From assembly GCA_963701965.1 (NCBI GenBank), contig OY969695.1, positions 3,040,001 to 3,104,000 of the forward strand: 64,000 bases of DNA, given 5' to 3'. A program made the position numbers and the translations under genes. This document shows, piece after piece, positions 22,501-34,001 of the stretch (the stretch's first letter is position 1; every line of letters begins with the position of its first letter). The DNA is from an uncultured Gemmatimonadales bacterium. Lineage in GTDB: Bacteria > Gemmatimonadota > Gemmatimonadetes > Gemmatimonadales > Gemmatimonadaceae. The notes beneath the pieces were generated by a model that saw only the letters and a program-made list of their open reading frames with translations, did not search any database and was not told the DNA's origin.

Positions 22501-23360
22501 AAAGCGTACCTCGCCGACCTCGCCACCGTGCCGCTCCTCATCATCGACGATCTCGGCATGCGCAAGCTCCCCCACACGGCGGCTGAGGATCTCCTGGAAC
22601 TCATCATGCGCCGCTACGAACGGGCGTCCACACTGCTCACCTCCAATCGCCCGGTCGAGGACTGGGGCAAGCTGCTCGGTGACACCGCGGCGGTCACCGC
22701 GCTCCTCGATCGGCTCCTCCATCACGCCCACATCCTCAAGTGCGGCCCCCGCAGCTGGCGCACCAAGGTCCAGGGTGACAGCTTGTCCACCGACGCGACC
22801 GGGCTGCGCTAGCCCACTCACCAGTCTCGGACGCCTCACCGTGGTGGCCGGTTATCAGCTGTCCATCAGTGGCCGGTTATGAAGTGTCCACCGAGGGTGC
22901 ACGCGCGAGTGCGTCGCGCTGGCCGTCGCCGGACGGTTCCGCGGGACCGATGTCGCGCGGCTGCTGACCGAGGCGGGGGAGCGACGCGGCACCCTGCCCC
23001 CGGTCATCCAGTGCGACAACGGGACCGAGTTCACGTCGACCGCGCTCGATCACTGGGCGTACTGGAACCGCGTGCAACTCGACTTCAGTCGGCCGGGCAA
23101 GCCGGTGGACAACAGCGTCTGCGAGGCGTTCAACGGGAGCCTGCGGCGTGAGTGTCTCACGCGTCATTGGTTCGCATCCCTCGCGGAAGCCCGGATCGAG
23201 CTGGAAGCCTGGCTTGAGGACTACAACAACCACCGACCCCATACCAGTTTGGGGTTGAATCCCCCAGCGCGATATTGGAGCGCTGGCAGTCACCACCCTC
23301 GAACCCCGCGCTGACAAACTGACGCGCTAGCTCGGACTCACTTGGGGGACCCAGGCCGCA
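19594..23360 (+). mobile_element. IS3-family element (orfA 19693-19959; orfB 19956-20385 + 22902-23314), interrupted by IS21
   Basis: Terminal IRs tgcgggcctgggtccc..tgagtcc / ggactca..gggacccaggccgca; orfA HTH; orfB WAMDF, DNGTEF, EAFNGSLRRECL. Confidence 0.92.
20386..22896 (+). mobile_element. IS21-family element (istA ~20499-22047, istB 22044-22812, both frameshifted)
   Basis: IRs cctcggtggaca / tgtccaccgagg, internal ccggccac repeats, 5-bp target duplication GTGCA; EAQVDYG, KGKVESGV; IstB LLIIDDLG, LLDRLLHH. Confidence 0.93.
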
Positions 23361-23462
23361 CTCTTCGCCTGGTATGTCTCCAGGGTTACTGGCCTGTCTC
23401 GCAGTGCCCATAATGTTGGATGCATAGCAGTTTAATGTCTTTGTAATACCACCTATAGGACA

Positions 23463-23891
23463 ATGCGCTATATCTCAATCGCTGCGCTCACTAAAAAAAG
23501 GAGCCCATCGATGACCGAGCGATCGTTACGCATCGTCCTATTCGCGCTTATCGCCACAGCATACCGCTGTGAGCCGAACAGGGAGCACGTTGACTTGCCG
23601 TTCGCGTCGCAAGAGATTTGCGCCGCTCAGCCAGTGGAGGTGGATCTGACGATCAACGATCGCCTTTACCTGAATCGCCAGCCGGTTGACAGTGCATCAT
23701 TGTTGCACTGGATTTCGAGTTCCTTGCCGCAGTTCCCGATCGACCGCCGCTACCTATTGATTCGCGTAACGGGTAACGCACGCCGTCAGGAAATAGCCTG
23801 GATTGCATCCGCCGCTGACCGGCAGCATGTCCCGGTGTTGCTCAATGACAGGAATGCAACAACGAGGTGCCAACTTCTTAGTGCGACATGA
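23463..23891 (+). CDS. ExbD/TolR-like small protein
   Basis: VDLP..VEVDLTINDRLYLNRQPVD..LLIR pattern. Confidence 0.45.
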   Translation: MRYISIAALTKKRSPSMTERSLRIVLFALIATAYRCEPNREHVDLPFASQEICAAQPVEVDLTINDRLYLNRQPVDSASLLHWISSSLPQFPIDRRYLLIRVTGNARRQEIAWIASAADRQHVPVLLNDRNATTRCQLLSAT

Positions 23892-24247
23892 CTCGCCAGA
23901 CTCCAAGCGAGATTCGAGCGGCAGAAAGTCGCGCGACGTCGCCCGCGCTTCGCAGTAAATCGTGTCCGTTGCTGGAAGCGGTGACGTGTTTGTAATGCTC
24001 GATAGCCGGGGGCGGGAGAGCTGCCTGACGTCCCTTGTTTGCACCCTACTTTGAGTGCCAGTCAAGAATCACGGGACTACGCGTTCGCGATTAGATCCAG
24101 CCGACTAGATACGGATCCCAATCTCATTGAGGGTCCGCGTGCGTAGTCCGTCTTGAGCTGGTACCATCGACCGAGTTACGCAACGCTCCACAGATCGAGT
24201 ACTCAACCGCCGACGTCAATGCGGGAGGCATCGAAGAGCCCGAACTG

Positions 24248-24691
24248 ATGCTGACGATTGGCATCGGCTTTCTCCGTTCGCTCGTAGCGGTGTTCTTGCG
24301 GAACGGGCGCGCCTGTCGGCTGGAGGGGTCGGAGTTAGCCGACAGGTCATGGCTTGAGTCATTTCAATGCGACTTTCTCGCTGATCTCCCGGGATGCATG
24401 GAGCGCCTCGCGGCGATGACAAGGTCTTCGGGATCAGACGCCTACCCGATATTGATCTGGGTGATGCCCGTCGACTTTACTTGGCAGATCAATGCCGCCA
24501 TAGCTGAATTTCGGGGCATGCGGACCAGCTGGTCTCTTTGGCGACAGATCATCGATAGCGGTGTGCTTCGTCTGACTGTAAGCGAGTCCACCTGTTCCGT
24601 GGCATTCAGTTGCGAGCAATTCGATCAGTGTCGCCGTTGGATCGAGGAGGCCGTCGAGCACTCGAGTCTCCCTGCGCGGTGGCAGCGGTAG
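24248..24691 (+). CDS. Hypothetical protein
   Basis: 147-aa ORF with protein-like composition; no motif recognised. Confidence 0.35.
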   Translation: MLTIGIGFLRSLVAVFLRNGRACRLEGSELADRSWLESFQCDFLADLPGCMERLAAMTRSSGSDAYPILIWVMPVDFTWQINAAIAEFRGMRTSWSLWRQIIDSGVLRLTVSESTCSVAFSCEQFDQCRRWIEEAVEHSSLPARWQR

Positions 24692-24795
24692 GGTTGCTGA
24701 AGCGTCGACGACGACATCGACGTGATAGCGTGCCGTACTGGAAAGGGGTGGTGTCACTCGCGGGGCGTGTGGAACTGCTTCACCGTCCGTGCTGC

Positions 24796-25695
24796 CTACC
24801 GGGTAAGCCCCTGGTGTAGCAGGTCCGATTTCGCGAGCATCGCCAGTTGGTCGCCGTCGTGGCTCACGATAACCGCCACGCCTGCCTTGTCGGCGGCGTG
24901 CAGCCACCTGAGCTCCCCGGCAATCGCGCCGCGATCCTCGCGGATGGAATCGGGCTTCTGGGTTTCCGTCTCAATGCCGAAGTGGTGCCAGGCCACATCG
25001 CCCGCTAGGATGACCTCTTTTTCCGATGCGAGCGTCACATAGATGACTTGGGATCCTGGCGTGTGACCGGGCGCCTTGATCAGCACGACGCTGGGCGCAA
25101 TCGGCAGCACGCCCTCGTAGTCGACGACGATATAGCGGTTCACCTTCGCCGAGTCGAGCTTTGAGATGAGCTTGGGCGTCCGGACCAGTGATTCGACCTG
25201 CTGGCGCGTGAGCATCGTGTGCGCCGCCATCTCGTCGGCCACGGCCGACTGCACGACCGTGGCGACGTGGTCGTAGTGCTCGTGCGTGACGACGATCAGG
25301 TTCGCCCCACGTAGGGTCGCCAACATGCTCGTGTAAGCCGAATCAATGAACACGCCCGGGTCTCAGGCGCGTCGCGCCGTCGCGCGATCCATCCCGGCAT
25401 CGACCATGATCCAGCCATGCGGAAAGCGCACCTGGAATACCGGGACCGGGTTAGAGACTTTGGTTTTGGCGGCGTTCTCGACCAAGTCCGACCGCGGAAA
25501 TGCGGCGGTCTCCAGAACGAGGTAGTTGATCGCGGTCGGCAAATCGCCTGGAATCGCATGCGCGACCGCGCGTGCGGCCGCGAGCTGGGCCCCGAGTGGC
25601 TCTGCCAGCGCCAGGACGAGCACGCAGAGCAGGCGCTTCGCAGGCCGGCGGTGAGTACGCCGTTCTTCGCGAGCATCTTCAGTTGCAGGGATCAT
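24796..25695 (-). pseudogene. Secreted MBL-fold metallo-hydrolase, one frameshift near 25360
   Basis: MVDAG, THEHYDH, APGHTPGS, LAGDVAW, VSHD. Confidence 0.8.
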
Positions 25696-25814
25696 CTATC
25701 CTCTTGAGGATTGCGATGCGTGGGGTGTGTTCGTCGGCGAGACCGTTATTCGTTCCCGTTGATCCGGCGGCACGCGCGCATCCGAATCACGGCTTTCTCT
25801 GGTGGCGCCCGTCC

Positions 25815-28309
25815 TTAGTCGACCCGTAACACCTCGGCGGGCGCGACGCGCAATGCCTGGCGCGCCGGCATCCAACTCGCCCCGACCACCGCCGCGACCA
25901 GCAACACAATGATCCCGGCGTAGGTGGCCGGGTCAGACGGGGCAACGTCGTAGAGCAGCGAGCGCAGAACACGCGTCGCCGCGAGTGCTCCCGCAATGCC
26001 CACAATGCCGCCGGCGGCCGCGATGACGACGCCCCGGCCGACCACGAGTTGACCGACCAAGGCGGGGGTCGCGCCAAGCGCGACGCGCACGCCAATCTCA
26101 CGCGTGCGCTGCACGACGGTGAACGCGAGTACGCCGTACACGCCGAGCATCGCGAGCACGAGCGCAACGGTGGCGAACGAGGTGAGCAGTGATGTTCCGA
26201 ACCGGGCTAGTGCCATCGAGTCGCCGACGCGTCGAGCGAGCGGAAGGGCACCGTAGACCGGTGCGTTCGGTGCGACGCCATGGACCACCCGCCGCAGGGA
26301 CGCGACCAGCGCGAGTGGGTCGCCAGCCGTGCGAACCAGCATCGTCACCCGTACGTCCGGCATCTGAAGGTATGAGAAGTAAATGTCGATGCCAGGCACC
26401 GAGTCGGGCGCAGTGTATCGGACGTCGCCGACGACACCGACGACGCGCGCGGTATCGGTGGCAAAGCTGCCGATACCAAGGTTCACGGGTTTCCCGATCG
26501 GGTCTTCGTCTGGCCACAGGCGCCTCGCCGCAGTCTCACCTACGAGCACGACCTTCGGCGCGTTCGCCCGGTCCGCATCAGTGAACGCGCGGTCCCGGAC
26601 GACCGGCACGCGCATCATCAATGGCCAGTTGGCGCTGATCACGTGATCGGTTACGATCCGCCTCTCGGCATCTCGGAGCGGCGGTCGGTCGAGAAGGTGG
26701 ATGGGTGTTCTGCCCAGCCGCCGCTCAGTGGCAGACGGTCCTGGAGTGCGACACCCGCAACCCCAGGGAGGCTGCCAACGGCAGCGAGCACCCGGTCGTA
26801 GTAGCCGGGAAGGAGATCCTCGTTTTTCCCGTCGTGTGCGCCCGGGTACACGGCGTCTTGGAGTGCATCCGGCCGGCCCAACCCCACGGTCAGCACGCCG
26901 CTGGCGTCGAAGTTAAGCGGTACGGCGAGGATGTTGCTCAGACTCCGGATGAGGAGTCCCGAGCCAACGAGCAGCACAATGGCGAGCGCCACTTGCGCCG
27001 ACGCGAGCAGCGCCCGTCCGCGTGCATCGCGTCGCTCCCGAACACCGGGGCGCGGCGTTGAGCGCGTGGCATAGAGCGCGGGGAGCAGCCCAAACAGGAG
27101 GCGCGTGCCTAAGGTGATCGCGGCGGCGAACGCGAGCGCCGTTCCGTCGAACCGGATCTGATCGAAAGACACGAGCTCGAGCGATCGAAGCAAGATCGGT
27201 TTCGCGGTTCGCGTAGGGTCGAGTGCGACGAGGAGCCCTGTGCTCCACCAGGCGAGCGCCGTCCCGGCCGCACCGCCGGTCACGGCGAGCAGCGCACTCT
27301 CCGTGAACAGCTGACCGACCAGACGCCGACGCGGCGCGCCGAGTGCGACACGGATCGCGATCTCTCGTGGCGCCCGGCGGCACGTACCAGCAGCAAATTC
27401 GCGACGTGGCACACGCGATGAGTAAAACGATGCCAACCGCGCCGAAGAGAGCGAGCAGCGCGCGTCGCACCACGGGGTCCACGCGTCTCGCGTCCAGCTC
27501 GCGCGCGACCGCGCCCCAGTGAACGCTCCTCGGTCTCTCCATCGGGAAAGCTTCGTCCACACGCCAGCCCAGTTGGCGTACCTGTTCCTTCGCGAGCTCC
27601 GGCGAGACACTGGGCTTGCGTCGCGCGATCAGTGTGAGGAAGTGCCGGAATGGTTCGCTTGGCGCCTCTGGCCTGGCTCCCATGATCGGCGCCCAGAGTT
27701 GGGCATGCCCAGTCAGTCCGTGAAAGCCCGGAGGCATGACACCGACGATCGTGTACGGCTCGCCACTCAGATTGATCGTGTGGCCGACGACAGCGGAATC
27801 GGCGTCGAAGCGCTGGCGCCAGAGGGCGTCACTGAGCAGCGCGACTTTCGGGCCGTTCGGGACACGCGTCTCATCGGCCGTGAAGTTGCGGCCGAGCGCC
27901 GGACGATGCCAAATGTCGGCAGATAGTGACTGTCCGTCATCTCGGCCTCGAGCGGCCGCGCGGCGTCGCCGCCGAGTAGGACGACCTGCCAATCCGAATA
28001 GAGCGCGACGTCCGAGAAGACGGTCTGCGCATCGCGAAACACGGCGAACTTCGGCAGCGACCAGGCCATGTCATCCATCGCCGGCATCTGATGCACCGGC
28101 GGTATGGTCAGGCTCACGACCGTGAGCCGGTCGGGATCACGGAACGGGAGTCGGCGAAGCAACATCGTGTTGACGGCGCCGAAGATGGCGACGTTCGCGC
28201 CGATGCCAATGGCGAGTGTCAGCACGGCAACGACCGTGAACCCCCGGCGCTTCCGCAGTGCTCGTATCGCAATGCGTAGGTCCTGCACAATGGCGTCGAC
28301 GGTCGACAT
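25815..28309 (-). pseudogene. ADOP/MacB-type ABC permease 1, multiple frameshifts
   Basis: QDLRIAIRALRKRRGFTVVAVLTLAIGIGAN, REIAIRVALGA, QVALAIVLLVGSGLLIRS, QRTREIGVRVALGA. Confidence 0.88.
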
Positions 28310-28452
28310 CGAAGCTCCTAACTGGCGCAGCTGCGTTGGCGCATAAGATGTGAGACTCGGGTGCGATCCCGATTGCTCACGATAGTGGCATCGCACCTCC
28401 AAATCCAGCAATCCATGATCGCGAAATTCCGGCGGGCGTTCACGAGCGCGAT

Positions 28453-28555
28453 TCACGGCATTTTCCGTCATGTCGAGAGCGAGACTACGGCACCGACGCC
28501 CGTATTCGCCACCAAGTACGGTCTTTTGCAGGTTTTCAGGTAGACAACAGGAAGA
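28453..28555 (+). repeat. Left arm type X, copy 2
   Basis: Near-identical to 10386-10488. Confidence 0.92.
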
Positions 28556-28597
28556 CTGTTAACCGGGAGATCGCTGGTTCAAATCCAGCCGCCCCAG
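28556..28597 (+). repeat. att core copy (tRNA-Asn 3' half), exact
   Basis: 42/42 identity to 8438-8479. Confidence 0.96.
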
Positions 28598-28770
28598 TTT
28601 GTAATTCTAACTCCATCAGCGAGTTAGGAGGGCGCAGCTGCCGCGCGAGCACTTGCTCCGTTGTCACATGACAACGGCACCCATTGCGATACCAACGGCA
28701 CCCCGAGCGACTACACTCAGGAACCGCCGCCTCAACATGTCTGATCTCCCGGTTTCCGACCGGGCGATCA
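28598..28770 (+). repeat. Right arm type A, copy 2
   Basis: ctaactccatcagcgagttag; caacggcacc at 28672 and 28693; terminal hairpin. Confidence 0.9.
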
Positions 28771-28790
28771 CTCTGCGCCAACGTTCGCGA

Positions 28791-29336
28791 TCAAGTGGAC
28801 GGCGTTCGAGTCGATGAGTTGCGCGATGACGCCTCTCCGTCCGCATCAAAGCCAATGCGGCGCGAAGGCTCGTCCGGTGGTGATGCCACGAGCTCGCGAA
28901 TCGCATCGAACACAACGGCGAACTGCTGATCGTATCGTGCTCCGAGGTCGTCGAGTCGGCGCGCGAGTTCGACCTGCGTCAGGAGCATCGAGCGAAGTCG
29001 ACCGAACGCTCGCATGATCGCAATGTTCACCTGTACGGCGCGCTCGCTGGTCAGCACGCTCGAAAGCATGGCGACGCCATACTCTGTGAACGCCAGGGGT
29101 GGCTTTCTCACACCCATGCGCTCGCGATTGGATATCACAATCTGTGATTTCCAATCCTCGACCTCGTCCGCCGTGAGCTGGAACATGAAATCGGGCGGAA
29201 AGCGATCAATGTGGCGTCGGACGGCCTGATTTAGAGCTCGTGTCTCGACCTCATATAACACCGCGAGATCTCGATCCAGCATCACCTTCCTGCCGCGGAG
29301 CAAAAAGATCCGTTGCTCGATTGCTGCAGCTGACAC
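28791..29336 (-). CDS. ORF6N domain DNA-binding protein
   Basis: RGRKVMLDRDLAVLYEVET..NQAVRRHIDRFPPDFMFQL, AFTEYGVAMLSSVL, RRIGF. Confidence 0.92.
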   Translation of the reverse strand: MSAAAIEQRIFLLRGRKVMLDRDLAVLYEVETRALNQAVRRHIDRFPPDFMFQLTADEVEDWKSQIVISNRERMGVRKPPLAFTEYGVAMLSSVLTSERAVQVNIAIMRAFGRLRSMLLTQVELARRLDDLGARYDQQFAVVFDAIRELVASPPDEPSRRIGFDADGEASSRNSSTRTPST

Positions 29337-29885
29337 GACGATTTGAGATTAGGCTTCTAGCACGGTGTGACATAGGTTGAATGCGTCGCAATGTTTTGTG
29401 CGTGACGGACGACCGTGTTATCGGTCATTCGCCGCGAGCCATCAATGCAGCACAAGCTACTGGACGGCTTTGTGAGTTGAAACGTCAATAATTGAACGTG
29501 GATCAGGACAACTTGTGTGTATCGTCGCCGAGCGCGGGCGCGGCGCGAGGTGCGCCACCTGCGTTGCAGATTATCAATGTACGCGCTCAACGCCCGCGAT
29601 ACCTGGCGGCGCCGCGGCTGGCAGACGTAGGTGTGATGCCCGGTCCGGCGATGGCGAAGCGCCGATTCAGCGCGGCGTAGTTAAGGCCGTGGACCAAAAC
29701 CCATAGCTGGGCTAGCTCGTCGCGTCGGATGCGCCATCGCGCAAGGAACTCTGGTCGCGTCATGAGGTACGTGACGGCACTAGAGGGAGCTCGATCTAGT
29801 GCGCCGACTGGAAGGACCAGGTTGCCTACGCTAAGATCGGGGTGCTGCGAAGCCAGAAGGACTACCAGAAGCGAGGTGACAGCAT

Positions 29886-32287
29886 ATGGACCGACTAGTG
29901 CGGGATGTGCGGGTCGCCTTACGCGGGTTGCGCCGTCAGGCAACGTTCACCGTGACGGCGGTGCTCGTGCTGGGCCTGGGCATTGGCATGGCCACCGCGA
30001 TGTGGGTGGTGTTCAACGCCGCACTCCTACACCGCCTGCCTGTCGGGGATCAGGACCGGATTGTCCTGCCGCGCACGCTGGATCGCGCGGGAACGGACGT
30101 GGCGATGCCCGATCGCGAGCTGGACGAAGCTCGCCGCGAGAGTCGCACGATGCGTGACATGGCCGGCGTCGGAGACTGGGGCGCGTACGATTTCCCCTTT
30201 CTCAACGGCGATCAACCGATCCATCTCGGCCAGGCCGACGTCACCAGCAACTTCTTCAATGTGCTCGGCGTGCGCCCTGTGCTCGGCCGGCTACTGGGTT
30301 CGCAGGACGACAGCGCGTCACGCGTGCTGGTGCTGAGCTACGGAGCCTGGCGGCGCCGGTTCGGTGGCGATCCGTCCATCATCGGCCACCACCTGACGCA
30401 ACCAGGCACGGGATGGACGTTCACGATCGTTGGTGTGGCGCCTCCTGGGCTCGACTTTCCAGCTGGCACAGATTGCTGGACTCCCTTGGAGGCGACCTTC
30501 TATTCGGTCGACATCGTCGCACGGCTGGCGCCCGGCGCTTCGCCCGCGGCGGCGCGTGCCGAGTTCCTGGCGGCCATGGAGCGCATCAGCGCACGTCGCT
30601 CTTCGAGCCTCAACCTTGCCCGAGCCGACATCCGGACATTGCGCACGGCGATCGCCGGAAATGCGCGACCCGCGCTCGTCGTCCTCGCGTCTGCCGCTGG
30701 CCTCCTGTTGCTCATCGCATGCGTGAACGCCGGCAATCTGCTGTTGCTCCGCGCCATGAGACGCACGCGAGAATTGGCCGTGCGGCGCGCGCTGGGCGCA
30801 ACCTACGTGGATGTCATGCGCGAGCTGCTCATCGAGAACATACTCTTGGGCCTGGGCGGCGCCGTTTTCGGGCTCGTCATCGCCGAGATTGCGCGGCGCG
30901 CCTTGATCGCGGCAGCGCCGCCGCAACTTCCGGGACTCGACGTCGTACAGGTGGGCGGGTTGCCTCTGGGGACGGCCGCCAGCGTCACACTCTTGACCGT
31001 GCTCCTGTTCGGGATCGCGCCGGCACTGACGGCCGTGCACCGGAATGCCGTCTCGGCCCTTCGCCTTGACGCCCGGGCAGGCGTCTCGACGCGGCACCAA
31101 CGGCGCACACGTCAACTGCTCGTCGCTTCGCAGGTCGCCCTCGCGCTCATCATGTTGGCGGGCGCGGGGCTCCTCACTAGAAGCCTGCGGCAACTCGAGG
31201 CGGTGCGCTTGGGATACGCGCCCGAGCATCTCGCGTTCGCGGAGCTGACGATCCCCGACAGCCATTGGGACACGGTCTCGCACGGCTTCCCCGTGTACGA
31301 GGCGCTGGCGGCGCGTCTGACTGCGATTCCAGGTGTGAAGTCTGCGACGCCGCTCCTCGGACCACCATTCAGTGACCTCAATGTGTCCGCGGTGTGGGAG
31401 ATCGAAGGACAGTCTCCGGTCCTAGCGGCAGCCAATCCAATGGTCCCGATCGAAATTGGCAACGCGGATTACTTCAGAACATTGGGCATAGCGGTGCTCC
31501 GCGGGCGGGGCTTTCTTGCAACAGACCAGGGCAACGCGCCCCACGTCGCCGTCGTCAGCGAAGCCGCCGCCCGCCTCTTCTGGCCCGGTCAGGATCCGAT
31601 CGGCAAACGGCTGCGGCTCGCACATAGCAAGCAGCCTTGGTGCACGGTCGTCGGTATCGCCGCCGATATCCGCTACCGTTCGCTCTCGGAGGCTGCGCCG
31701 ACCGTATTTCTTTCGTGGCGCCAATCCTACTACTGGCAGGGCCTCGTCGCGTTGCGCACCGCAACGAACGTCGTCGGGTTGGCGCCGGCCATCCGGCGCG
31801 TTGTCGCCGATGTTTATCCAGACGTGACCGTCTGGCGCGTCCAGAGCATGGACGACTACCTCGCACAGCCATTAGCCCGACCGCGCTTGAGCGCGACACT
31901 GCTGTCGGCCTTCGGACTCACCGCTCTGCTTTTGGCAGCGGTAGGACTCTACGGCGTGATGGCGTCCCTGGTCCGCAGCAAACCCGCGATATAGGTGTGC
32001 GTATGGCGCTCGGTGCTACGCCGGAGCGACTTCGCCGAGAGGTCCTTACTCGGGCGCTCGCCGTCTCAACATCGGGAGCGGCACTCGGCCTGGTCGGTGC
32101 ACTGATCATGTCGCGATTCCTGCGATCGCTCCTGTTCGAAATCAGTCCGGCGGACCCGATTGCACTCGGCGGCGCGTGTGTGACACTGCTCTGCGTCGCG
32201 GTGATCGCCGCGTACATTCCCGCGCGGTATGCCAGCCGCGTCGATCCCGCGCGAGTGTTGAAGCTGACTAGTTCTACGATCCGGTAG
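29886..32287 (+). CDS. ADOP/MacB-type ABC permease 2, one frameshift near 31980
   Basis: RDVRVALRGLRRQATF, LLIACVNAGNLLL, RELAVRRALGA, then TRDIGVRMALGA in the next frame. Confidence 0.88.
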
Positions 32288-32552
32288 TCGAGCGCGACGT
32301 TCCTCATACTGAGACGCACGTCGTTCGCGATCGGTCTATTCGGGTTCCGGAATTTATGTTGGGCTTGCCAACGGTGAACGCCTACCGGAGACGGTGCTCA
32401 ACCTGACGAACGGTTGAGTGACTCGAATGGCTATTGTGGCCTTGGTCGACAACGGCCGACGAGGCGAGCTGGCGGTTTGACCGCAATACCGAAGTTCAAT
32501 GCTCAGAGTTCCGATTTCAGGCAATTCCGCGGACGTCATCTGCGACCCGGAT

Positions 32553-32655
32553 TCACGGCATTTTCCGTCATGTTGAGAGCGAAGGCACGGCACCGACGCC
32601 CACATTCGCCAACAAGTGCGGTCTTTTGCAGGTTTTCAGGTAGACAACAGGAAGA
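32553..32655 (+). repeat. Left arm type X, copy 3
   Basis: Near-identical to 10386-10488. Confidence 0.92.
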
Positions 32656-32697
32656 CTGCTAACCGGGAGATCGCTGGTTCAAATCCAGCCGCCCCAG
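32656..32697 (+). repeat. att core copy, variant ctgCtaa
   Basis: 41/42 identity to the tRNA 3' half. Confidence 0.95.
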
Positions 32698-32797
32698 TTT
32701 TTTAACTCTTTAAAAATCTGCGACTTGCAGAGCGAGCGCTCAGGCTTCGAGTGCTCGGGGGCGCGTTGGGGTGCGTAATACGCGCCCCCGACCGGTG
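32698..32797 (+). repeat. Right arm type B, copy 2
   Basis: Matches 10531-10625 and 44681-44780; hairpin gggggcgcgt..acgcgccccc. Confidence 0.9.
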
Positions 32798-32799
32798 AC

Positions 32800-33370
32800 T
32801 ACTTCCCACTGCTCTCCCAACTTCGACGGCTCGTTCATCACCGCGAGTATCGTGTCGGGATCGGGCTGCTGGTAGCACTTCAATAACATTTGCGTTCCTT
32901 TCCACCCGCCTGCCGCTGCGACATCGACGAGCGGGAGATGCTTGCGCTCGGTCGCCCACTTTCGACGGTACGGGTGCCATGCGCCGAGCGGTAGTGGTCG
33001 GAGACCGGCTTTCTCTTCAGCAACGTGCAGCCAGAAGAGAAACATTCTTCGATTCATGAGCCGCAACGGACCGCGCTCACCGGTGAATATCGGTCCCGAT
33101 GTACCGAGCTGCAGCTGAAACGCGGGGATCTCGTCGTAGAGACGACTGGGCAACGGGATGATCCAATCGTTGTTTCGCCTATCTGCGTCGGCTCTCCAGT
33201 AGATACAGCCTTGCTGGAGGTCGATGTCTTCCCACTCGAGCGCTTGAATTGATCCGAGTCGTCGGCCGGTGGTTTCGGCAAGCAGTAGCGCGAACTCGAT
33301 TTTGATCCACCGATTTCTGACCGTCAGATCGTCCGCTTCGCGTGCCAGTTGCTGGAGCGCTGCACGCGTC
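32800..33370 (-). pseudogene. Tyrosine integrase C-terminal remnant 2
   Basis: Close paralog of 10630-11200: WHPYRRKWAT, AAAGGWK, CYQQPD. Confidence 0.85.
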
Positions 33371-33936
33371 TTTTCGAAAGGGAGCAGTTGGTGACGCTCC
33401 GGGGCGCGGCCACCTTCAATGTGGTGCCCCAGGGGTTCGGCATATTCCGAGTCGCTGCTGGGCGGGTATTCGTCCAGGTGCAGGGGACTCAGTTCAGCAT
33501 CCGGTCGTATCCGGGCGACTCGAGCGCCAGCGCTTTCGTTTCACGAGGGCGCGTGTTGGTGTCAGGCGCGGACCGTAGATCCGTGACCGTCAACACGGGG
33601 GAGCTGGCGCGCATCGTCGGTCGGACCGCGATAGTGGGATCTGGAAGTGCGGACGATCGGGTTTCCTGGGACGGAAGGACGCTGCGGTTTGATCGTGTCC
33701 CGTTGTCCGAGACCATCGAGGTGCTGAGGCACTGGTACGGCGTCCCGATTCGCCTGCGTGACGCGCACCTCGCAGCGCGTGTCGTCACCGCCTCGAATCC
33801 CGTTACTCAGGATGACGGTATAGCGGCACTCTGCGCTGCGGCGAATGTGGAAGGTCAACCATCAGGACGAACCGTCATTCTTTATGATTTTGGCGCCTCG
33901 CTGATAAGTGCCTCGAAGGCGCGGTCGCCGCGTTGA
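33362..33936 (+). pseudogene. FecR remnant 2
   Basis: Paralog of 11511-12053 with a further 5' deletion. Confidence 0.8.
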
Positions 33937-34001
33937 CCTCGTCGCGAACGATTTTACAAAATGTCGGCGTTTTTACAGATCTGTAACACTCCGCGATATC
34001 T

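Noticed and set aside
29590..29885. Degenerate PadR upstream of ADOP 2
   Set aside because: Position fits but similarity is too weak to support.
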